Below are positions 10,666-19,890 of a DNA stretch of 20,847 nucleotides, in pieces. The DNA is from Selaginella moellendorffii (taxonomy: Eukaryota > Plantae > Lycopodiophyta): contig NW_003314337.1 of assembly GCF_000143415.4 (NCBI RefSeq), positions 1 to 20,847 of the forward strand. The letters run 5' to 3'. The notes below the pieces were generated by a model that was not told the origin of the DNA, did not search any database, and worked only from the letters and a program-made list of their open reading frames with translations. How positions within the stretch are numbered: position 1 is the first letter of the stretch; each line of letters begins with the position of its first letter. The translations under genes and the position numbers were made by a program.

Positions 10666-11415
10666 TTACTTGACACTGCCAAGAGCTCTTGCTTTGCTGC
10701 ACAGCACCTGTTTTTGGATCTTGCCAGTCGCAGTTTTGTCCAAGGCTGTGAGAATGACGATGCTCTTTGGCACCATGAACTTCGGTAAATGCTGTCGATA
10801 CAACAAGAGTATCTCCTCCTTGTTGCTTCTCACGCCGTGCTTGAGGGACACAAACGCACATGGACCACTGCTCATCTGGCTGCGCCACCACAGCAGCTTC
10901 CAACACTGCTGGATGCCTGGATGAAAAAGAAGCAAACTTTAACAAGAAACAAAGAAGGAAAAACTCTCCTTTTACCTGTACAAGATGCTCTCCACTTCCA
11001 GGCTGCTAATGTTCTCCCCTCCAGAAATGATAATATCCTTGGCTCGATCCTTGATCTTGATGTATCCATTGGGATGCCAAACTGCCAAGTCCCCAGAGTC
11101 TGGATTGTTCAAGTATCCCTTGAACACCATGTTCCCACGTATGCAAACTTCGCCAATGGTGACACCGTCCTTGGCAACCGGTTCTAGAGTTTCATCTCTG
11201 ATAATGTATTTGTCTTATTTGTTTGGTTCTTCGTCACTCCTTACTCGCTCGCTGCTTCTGCTAAATTTTTTTGCTTGCTAGCTCGGAGTTGAGCACCTGT
11301 AAGCCATCGAGGCAAACGTATTTCACGCCCTGCCGAGCCTTGAGCCTGGCCTGCTCATCGGGCAAAAGGCTGTCCCATTCGGGATTCCACTCGCACACAG
11401 TGCATGGACCACAGT
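10666..11415 (-). pseudogene. 5'-truncated acyl-activating enzyme (AMP-binding, plant AAE clade I-like), disabled
   Basis: Minus-strand pieces: GPCTVCEWNPEWDSLLPDEQARLKARQGV; [28 protein letters not shown] / [37 protein letters not shown]; GT-AG intron 10975-10917; HPAVLEAAVVAQPDEQW / frameshift / PCAFVSLK..LPKFMVPKSIV..LDKTATGKIQK. There is an internal deletion after NNP and a ~85-bp insertion near 11195-11280. Confidence 0.88.
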
Positions 11416-11699
11416 GCATGAAAGAGTGGGAAGAGGCTAGCTGCCTATTTTTCTTTCTATGCACTTCCTTTATGGTTATCTCCAGTTTATTTGTGAGTAG
11501 GTGGTATCTGTGGCTATATATATTTGAATGTGGAGTCATGCTAGAGAAATGCGAAACAACATGATGACTTGAGTTCCAACCCAGGCCCAGTGCATCTCCT
11601 CTTTTTATTGACCCACCACAATGATGAGCATCTATTATGCTAGGAAGAAAACGTAAGCTTTTAGGTAATAGCTTATAGTGCCACAATTTCGTCTGTCTG

Positions 11700-12780
11700 T
11701 ACCAACTATCAGCATTGCAAACTTTGTGGAGTCATGTAGAGGCCGAGACTCTGTAGGTTCTGTTGAAGGTGTTGTAGTGAGTATCAATGATATAGGCTAC
11801 AACAGTGGTCAACTCACAATAACAGATAACATCAACGAGTCTGATATGATATAGTAAGTTCAATATAGCATGTGGATCCCTGACAATAATCTATATGATG
11901 ACAGCTCAAATTCCATGGCAACATAATGGAATTATTCAAAGAGTTGATGAATGAATGTTTTTCTGGAACTCCACCAACAAGATGTTTCATTAATTTACAA
12001 GGAGACGGTTATTCAAGAGAGCAAATGTCACAGGCATGAGCATTGTTTCATGTATAATAGATGATGCCAAAATAGTTCCTTGACACTGTTTTTCGGAATA
12101 TTGCAAGGGAATGCAATATTCTATGTATACAATGTACAATGTATACAATGCACTATGCTCCCAGCGTAGCTGGGACTTTTTCGGAATATTGCAAGGGAAT
12201 GCACAGGGGTAAGTGCGAAAGGAAATGAAACAAGCCCATATTAAATACACGTTGTTTTGCAGATACCTGGATACTTTGAAGTAGATAAGCTCTGTCCAGT
12301 TTTTATACACACAGTTTGTTCATTATGCTGCGGATCAAGATTGCAACAAACTTCTAAAGATGAAGCAATATGTAAAATATGTAAATATGCAGGACCTATA
12401 AAGGAACACATCACCCAGCTTCACCTTGGACAAGACACGTTCCAAGTAGCTATACCTTCGCATTTTGTTGATCAACTGTATGGAACAAAGGAACTTTGAC
12501 ATTCCTTAAAAAAAATAAACCTTTGCCTTTACATCTGTGCCTTTACTCTTTGATTTCTGATGAAGCTTTTATGCAGAAATTGTTAGAGTCTAGAACAATG
12601 CACTAGATCTTTGCAGGGGAACATTTGAAAGAACCCAGCACTTGAGGTGATATGCTCATTAAAGTTTGTGATTTGTTTATCTTTTTTTAGGCACTTCAAG
12701 CATTGACTTACATGGGAACTTTCATTGATGGGGGCAACGATTCCATTGAATATATTCCTAACCTTTCAACATCAGAAGGT
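11700..12780 (+). pseudogene. Degenerate spliced gene with a putative OB-fold and C4 zinc ribbon (RPA/ssDNA-binding-like)
   Basis: Candidate short introns 11854-11904, 12209-12262 (both GTAAGT...CAG) and 12647-12690. Peptides VGSVEGVVVSINDIGYNSGQLTITD and CSLCCG-x11-CKIC...LHLGQDTFQVAIPSHFVDQLYG resemble the RPA70 DBD-C layout. Stops and frameshifts are present. Confidence 0.4.
12089..12203. repeat. 27-bp exact direct repeat flanking a (TGTA)TACAA micro-tandem
   Basis: tttttcggaatattgcaagggaatgca at 12089-12115 and 12177-12203. Confidence 0.9.
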
Positions 12781-13569
12781 TTGTAAATCAGCTGTTTACA
12801 AACATTCCTAATTCTCCCACTAATGTATTACATACCTGGAAAGAGATGTGTATAATTGCATTGCATGGATCACACTGCTTCATATACTCCAATCAAATAT
12901 ACAGGCCTGCTGTGTGTGGATTGTTGAGGCACGTTCGTGAAAAAAACTCATGGATTATGACATACTCTACTTGCGCAGATAACTACAACTTAATGTTCTG
13001 CTCAGCAAGCAGCCAGAAGAATATCTGGTCTGTCTCTAGAGATTGCAAAGTTGTGTAATGGTCCAAGATGACAGAACTGAAGCCAAAGTGATAGATGTTT
13101 ACAATATCAATGTGCCTTTCATTGGTGATCCAATGAACACTAGAGTGCATATCCTTCAAGGTTAATGTAATTACAGAATATGTATTTAAAAATCATGATA
13201 TAGAAAAGGCTGAACTTCTTCTTACAATCAAGTAAGCTTTCCCACACTTTCATATTCAAAACCTTTAACATAACCACCTATGAAATCTCATGCTTGAATA
13301 TTTCTTTGTTAATATAAAGAAACAATATAAACGAAAAGCCAAGAACTGAAATATATATGACACTCCCAGATTTGTCTTCTGATATTTCTTTTATAAAAAA
13401 TAAACACAAATGTAAAGCACTACGACTACTAATGTTAGTTTTGTCTAAATACATTACAAATTAGTTATTTAGTTACAAATTGTTTGTAACTAATTACATT
13501 ATGTATGTATATAACATTTTTAATTTTTTTTCTCTGTTTCATGTTAAGGGACAGAGTTCTAAGAAGCTG

Positions 13570-14799
13570 AGATGCCATATAAGAACATCAGGGGCCACTG
13601 CTACCGATGGTCTTTTCATGCCAAGGTGAGACACAAAGGGAAACTTGTATTCTTTGAAACAGGCACAGCTGGGTGTGTTATGTCAGTTGCTGTTGCCGAT
13701 GCATAAAGTTCCAAAATACATATTGTTGGGTTTGGCATGAATGCAAAGCATCTTTCATGAGATTGAGCAAGGCAGTGTCTATATATTTTCAGGGAACAGT
13801 GGTATACAACACTCTAAACCAGCATATACACCATATAAATCAAATTGGGAGATAAAAGCAAGCAAGACTATGGAGATCAAGTGTGTAGAGGACGATCTAC
13901 GTATTCCAAATGTTGTTCTTAATAGAATGAGTGTTTTAGATGCTTCTAAGCTCGGCCAAGAGACATTTATAGACGTGATTGGTGGTGTAATGTGGAATGG
14001 ACAAACATTTCTCCTAAGGATTCTGGAGCATTCATGAGAAGGAGGATGCTTTCTTTGAGTGATGAATCAGGCCACAGTATAGACATGTCTGTGGGATTCA
14101 AAGGCCGAAGATGAAGGTTCAGAAATCGAGGAGAAACCTGGACGAGGGCAGAAGCCTACTGTATGCCTGAAGGGCAGCTGGATTTCAGATTACAATGGCA
14201 AGTCTATTTCAGTCACAGGTGGCTCTACCCTTTTAGTTGATCCTGAATTAGAAGATGTCTCATGGCTGTGTGAATGGATGGTTGCTAGCTACAACACAAC
14301 CATATTTGTCCATGTGACCAACTCTTCTTCTAAAGAAGTGATTTCTGGTACAAAGACAGTATCTGAGATGTTGTCTATCAACCTGAAGGTTTCCAAGTTC
14401 TCTGCTATTTTTCATGTTATTGTGTCAGTGAAAGAATTCCAGACTGGTGACTTCTATTACCCAGCATGCGTGAAGGTTGTCAATGGGAGCCAATGTGGCA
14501 AGAAGGTTACTCAGGTTTCGGAAAGTATGTGGCAATGCAACTCTTGTGACACTGATTCTGGAGATATTCACTTCAAATATGCACTACACTTGTGTATTCT
14601 GGACAGCACTGGACATATATAGGCGGTTGCATTTGATGATGCTAATGAAATTGTAGATATGCCTGCATGTAAGCTGGCTGCGCTACAAGATGATGATTAT
14701 ACTGTTTTTTCAACCGTAATGGACTCTATTTGATCAAAGATGTACAATCTGAAGATTCGTTGCAAGCTCGAGAGCTACAGAGATACCAAAAAATTATAG
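13570..14799 (+). pseudogene. RPA1: RPA70-like (replication protein A large subunit) pseudogene with DBD-A, DBD-B and DBD-C including the C4 zinc finger; no N-terminal DBD-F visible
   Basis: RWSFHAKVRHKG..IEQGSVYIFS; FIDVIGGV..RRMLSLSDESGHSI..WD..ISDYNGKSIS..STLLVDPE; FYYPACVKVVNGSQCGKKV..WQCNSC..YALHLCILDSTGH; YNLKIRCKLESY. In-frame stops at 13704-13706, 14620-14622 and 14731-14733, with frameshifts near 13755, 14010 and 14090. Confidence 0.88.
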
Positions 14800-16335
14800 T
14801 TGGTCTTGACACTTAAAAGAAAAAATGTGTGAGAAAACAAAAAGTATGTTTTATTTCTTTCTACTATTGTTTTATAATTTGTTGTGTGTGGTATCAAGTT
14901 TCTAAGTATAAGCCAAGCTGGAGCTTTCAAAACTAATGTTGTGTAGAAGTTGATGAATGATTAAAACAATTTGTAATAATGTAATTAGTTAAAAACTGTT
15001 TAAATTAACTAAGTATTGGCAAACATTGCTACAGAATAGATTTAATAAATAAAATTTTTGTTACATATAAATATGTGAATTAATAAATAATTTTAAATAT
15101 TAAAATATTATATTATCACTAATGTATAATTTTAATACAGTATTATATTATTATCACTAAAATTATCAATAATTTAATATAAATATTATAATATGCATCT
15201 AGCTTAATAATATAATTTCAATTTTAGTACATAGACTAATTTTTTATTTCTAAAACTGAGTCTATGATATAGATCATACCAAATATGGTAGGTCATATAG
15301 AGTAGAATACAAAATAATAATCACTACCACTGCCACTATGAGCATCTATATACATATATGATCTTTTAAAGCTTTAGCTTCTTCCTCTCACAAAATATTA
15401 AGTTTCTGGATTTTCACTCATACAACCATTTGTATTGAACCCATCTTTAAGAGTGGGATCTCATAATGAGTAATTCCACTTATAAAAGATTGAAGATACA
15501 ATGTTATGAGTTTTATTTATTATGTAATGATGTGTGTTGCTGATAGAGTCAATTGTAGAAGGGATTTTTAATATAAATATTATATTATGTTTAACTATAT
15601 ATCTTATAATTATTATTATGTTAAAAATTATAATTATGATTATAAATCTTGTGTAAAATAATTTTTTATCAGTAATCTTATTGTTATTTTAAAAAAACAT
15701 AAATAAAATTAAATATATTGAGTTTTAAAATGGCTAACATATATATATATTATCATATATTATCAAAGTTTCTAACACTTAATCCTACATAATTTTTATA
15801 CATGAAAAACAACTACAATTTAATTATATTAAACCTATCTATATACTATTCAGGAATTTTATGATATATTTAATTCTAACATAGAGAAAAATTATATATT
15901 ATCAAACCCTACTCTACCCCAGTATAAAGTAAACCATAACCATTCATTTATCATAATAAAATTCCAGCATTCATAACAGTGTTATAAAGCCCTACTTTTA
16001 AATATATATATACATAAATATAGAGAGATAATAATCTTATTTCAGATTAGCATTCTCTCTATATAAAAATATAGACAAAAATAAGTTTATGATAAATAAT
16101 AGAATACTTCTAATTTTAAATACTACTCTCAAAATGCATAACTATAAATATTGGGCAAAAAGGGAATATCAAAGATAAATATGTAAAATATTAAAAGTTT
16201 TGAAAAGAAAATATAACACATTAACCTAACATCTTTGACTTAGTATCATGCAATTCCAAAATTTCAGTCTGAAATGATGAAAAGATAAACTTTATTATAA
16301 TGTTTATATTTTTTAAAATTTAAAAGATGATTGTA
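14800..16335. other. Extremely AT-rich non-coding spacer
   Basis: No ORF of 60 aa or more in any frame; long A/T runs. Confidence 0.85.
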
Positions 16336-16420
16336 GTTTAGATGAGTGTGTGTGTGTGTGTGTTTAGATGAGTGTGTGTGTGTGTGTGTTTAGATGAGTG
16401 TGTGTGTGTATATATATATA
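16336..16420. repeat. 26-bp tandem GTTTAGATGAG(TG)n, about 3 copies, followed by (TA)n
   Basis: Unit starts at 16336, 16362 and 16388; the array ends just before the gap. Confidence 0.92.
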
Positions 16421-16426
16421 GTTTAC

Positions 16427-17178
16427 NNNNNNNNNNNNNNNNNNNNNNNNNNNNNNNNNNNNNNNNNNNNNNNNNNNNNNNNNNNNNNNNNNNNNNNNNN
16501 NNNNNNNNNNNNNNNNNNNNNNNNNNNNNNNNNNNNNNNNNNNNNNNNNNNNNNNNNNNNNNNNNNNNNNNNNNNNNNNNNNNNNNNNNNNNNNNNNNNN
16601 NNNNNNNNNNNNNNNNNNNNNNNNNNNNNNNNNNNNNNNNNNNNNNNNNNNNNNNNNNNNNNNNNNNNNNNNNNNNNNNNNNNNNNNNNNNNNNNNNNNN
16701 NNNNNNNNNNNNNNNNNNNNNNNNNNNNNNNNNNNNNNNNNNNNNNNNNNNNNNNNNNNNNNNNNNNNNNNNNNNNNNNNNNNNNNNNNNNNNNNNNNNN
16801 NNNNNNNNNNNNNNNNNNNNNNNNNNNNNNNNNNNNNNNNNNNNNNNNNNNNNNNNNNNNNNNNNNNNNNNNNNNNNNNNNNNNNNNNNNNNNNNNNNNN
16901 NNNNNNNNNNNNNNNNNNNNNNNNNNNNNNNNNNNNNNNNNNNNNNNNNNNNNNNNNNNNNNNNNNNNNNNNNNNNNNNNNNNNNNNNNNNNNNNNNNNN
17001 NNNNNNNNNNNNNNNNNNNNNNNNNNNNNNNNNNNNNNNNNNNNNNNNNNNNNNNNNNNNNNNNNNNNNNNNNNNNNNNNNNNNNNNNNNNNNNNNNNNN
17101 NNNNNNNNNNNNNNNNNNNNNNNNNNNNNNNNNNNNNNNNNNNNNNNNNNNNNNNNNNNNNNNNNNNNNNNNNNNNNN
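16427..17178. other. Assembly gap (752 N)
   Basis: Run of N. Confidence 1.
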
Positions 17179-17313
17179 CAGGTGCATTTGGTAGATCGAC
17201 GTGCTCTGCTCGGAAATGCGACGAGGATTGGGAGTGAAAGGCGAAGAGGCTCTGATGGAGCGCACGACAGGGATGACGTCTCGGAAAATGAGGGTATTCA
17301 CGTTGTCATCGAT

Positions 17314-17452
17314 GACTAGAATCAAGGTTCTTCACTCTCTTGCTCGTTGCCATTCTTTTTTCGAGTCTCTCAAGTCCCTGTTTGTTCCAGGTTCTCGAGG
17401 CTGGAACCACGACTAGAATCAAGGTTTTTCACTCTCTTGCTCTTCGCTATTC
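17314..17452 (+). repeat. 97-bp tandem unit (about 1.4 copies), same family as 9490-9640
   Basis: gactagaatcaaggtt(c/t)ttcactctcttgctc at 17314 and 17411; hairpin gttccag...ctggaac at 17384-17407; CTAG at 17413-17416. Confidence 0.9.
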
Positions 17453-17496
17453 AACTGGAAATATGGTTTTGATCATGTTTTGCTGGGATCGTGCAG

Positions 17497-18763
17497 GGAC
17501 GTACATCTGGAGCAAGCCTGTGATGAAAGGAACGCACCCTTCTCCTCGGGACAGCCACAGCTCCACGGCCGTCGGGTCTAAGCTCTATGTGTTTGGTGGT
17601 ACCGATGGAACCAGCCCGCTAGATGATCTCTTTGTTTTGGATACTGGTAAGCGAGTTCTATCAAATTTTTTTTCTTGTTCTTATCATCCAATGCAGCTAC
17701 CAACACCTGGGGGAAACCCGACGTTTTTGGTGATGTTCCTGCTCCGAGAGAAGGACATAGCACATCTCTCATCGGTGACAACCTGTTAGTGTTTGGGGGA
17801 TGTGGGAAATCCAGCGATCCCTCAGAGGAGGAGTACTACAACGACCTCCATGTTTTGAACATGAGTAATATCCTGTTATCTTTCCTGGTTTTCTTCTAAA
17901 CTCTTTTTTTTCCTGTAGATACTTTTTTCTGGAAGAAGATTTCTACCACTGGAGTCTCGCCTATTCCTCGGGATATCCATAATAAGAACTGTTGCATTGT
18001 CATGGGTGGCAAGAACGGTGGTAATGCCTATCTATACGACATTCATATTCTGGACACAGGTACATACATTGTGCTGGTTTTAAACTTGCGAATTCATTTG
18101 TGTTTCCAGAAACAATGGCATGGCGGGAGGTAAAGACGACTAGTGCCGAGCTGATGCCAAGAGCTGGTGAACGCAGGGCGAGGCATATTATTCTTCTATG
18201 GGGGATGTAACGAAGAGCTTGAAGCTCTGGATGACATGTATTTCCTCGACACAGGTTGGCTTCTTCTTTTATTGACATTGCTGCTGACAATATGGTTGCC
18301 GTTTTTCTGTGAAAAGATGCTGAGGGAGAAAGATCCATCAGAACCAAAGCTACCCATGCGTAAGGAACTTAAGAGAAGGCGGCAAGAGTATCGTGCCATG
18401 CCATTCGTGCTAGACAAGCAACGGGATGCGGACAAGAGCTTGGTTTCATCTCACGGAGGTATCTGCAGAAAACCTTGGACCTCTCCAAATTTTCTCTGTC
18501 AAACTCATGCTACAGAGTTTCAAGCTCACGTTCAGCCGCTAGGCGAGAAGATGTTCGAGGCTAAAGTAAGCGACGTATTCAACTACAGATACACGCTAGA
18601 AGCCTCCATCGATGGGAAGCTCTTCCGTGGGCTGCTCTTCTCGTACAAGCCTGGCTTTGCTCAGGCAGTGCAATCTTACATCCTCAGTTACTCTCTAATG
18701 CCAGGAAGGAAAGCATCACAGGAGGAAACCACAGCACGTCCAAAAGGCCGTAGTAAAAGCTAA
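17497..18763 (+). pseudogene. 5'-truncated, internally deleted plant kelch-repeat (galactose oxidase/kelch superfamily) gene
   Basis: Exons 17497-17646 (PSPRDSHSSTAVGSKLYVFGG), 17697-17864 (PAPREGHS..LVFGGCG), 17919-18059, 18110-18254 (MPRAG jumps with a frameshift to GILFFYGGC), ~18315-18458 (acceptor appears mutated, GAAA), then 18516 onward (FEAKVSDVFNYRYTLEASIDGKLFRGLLFS, a C-terminal motif I recall from plant kelch proteins of this family). Confidence 0.85.
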
Positions 18764-19257
18764 CCGAGCAAAGAGGAGTTCAAAGAAACCATGGATATCC
18801 ATACTTGCTCTTCCTATAATTATTAAAGTTTCACAAAGTCTTTATTACACAGCCTCACCTTTTTTTTGTTCTTCTGGATTATCAGTTGTTTCTTCTTTGT
18901 CTACACAATACAAAAGATTGTTTTTTAGTAATGTGCTTTTTTTTGTTAGTTTACCTTCTTTATAATCTTCTGTGAACACGGACGTGAAAAGGTGATACAC
19001 TGCTAGAATCCTTCCTAATCGACTCTCTTTTGCAGAGTGGGTGCTAATACATGGTCCCTACTTTACACTTCTATAATGCAAAAGCTACAGGCTTGCCACA
19101 AAGAGGGGTATAAACTGGTGAAGTGCAATGATTTCCTTCCTCAGAAACGGTAGTGTGGTTGCTCTAGGATCTGACTGGCCTGTAAGCCTGTCAAATACTT
19201 TTTCTTCGGCGTTACATGAATGGTTTGTCTCAAGGTGGTAGCAGTGAATCCACTTGG

Positions 19258-19610
19258 NNNNNNNNNNNNNNNNNNNNNNNNNNNNNNNNNNNNNNNNNNN
19301 NNNNNNNNNNNNNNNNNNNNNNNNNNNNNNNNNNNNNNNNNNNNNNNNNNNNNNNNNNNNNNNNNNNNNNNNNNNNNNNNNNNNNNNNNNNNNNNNNNNN
19401 NNNNNNNNNNNNNNNNNNNNNNNNNNNNNNNNNNNNNNNNNNNNNNNNNNNNNNNNNNNNNNNNNNNNNNNNNNNNNNNNNNNNNNNNNNNNNNNNNNNN
19501 NNNNNNNNNNNNNNNNNNNNNNNNNNNNNNNNNNNNNNNNNNNNNNNNNNNNNNNNNNNNNNNNNNNNNNNNNNNNNNNNNNNNNNNNNNNNNNNNNNNN
19601 NNNNNNNNNN
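19258..19610. other. Assembly gap (353 N)
   Basis: Run of N. Confidence 1.
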
Positions 19611-19890
19611 GCGAGAAGATTCGTGAGGAGAAAGCAGCCAGAATCATCAAGCAGCTGGTAAAGACCTTCAAAGAGATTTATTTGAGGGGCGTGGTTCACC
19701 AGAATCTCAAGCTCGACAACATTCTTTCCAAGCTAAACATGCATGACAAGTGGTGATCAGCACCTTTAGGAGATATCACAACAGCGAAGTACATGGCAGC
19801 TGAGGTGGTGGAGAACAAGGATTGGAGCTCTACATGGCAGCCATCGAAATGTGGGGGCTAGGAGCAATTTTATACAAGACGCTGGGAAAG
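19611..19890 (+). pseudogene. Degenerate Ser/Thr protein kinase fragment (CAMK-group-like, subdomains VIa-IX)
   Basis: EEKAARIIKQLV..RGVVHQNLKLDNIL (from HRDLKxxN), stop at 19754-19756, no DFG, YMAAEVV (from YxAPE), then a frameshift to IEMWGLGAILY (from DxWSxGxILY). Confidence 0.72.

Noticed and set aside
18977-19006. CACG-GA-CGTG followed by CTAG as a Helitron 3' end
   Set aside because: Only a 4-bp stem, and CTAG is not followed by T; expected by chance.
19085-19257. Minus-strand peptide KWIHCYHLETNHSC...PLFVASL next to the gap
   Set aside because: Short, cut by the gap, and no family recognisable.
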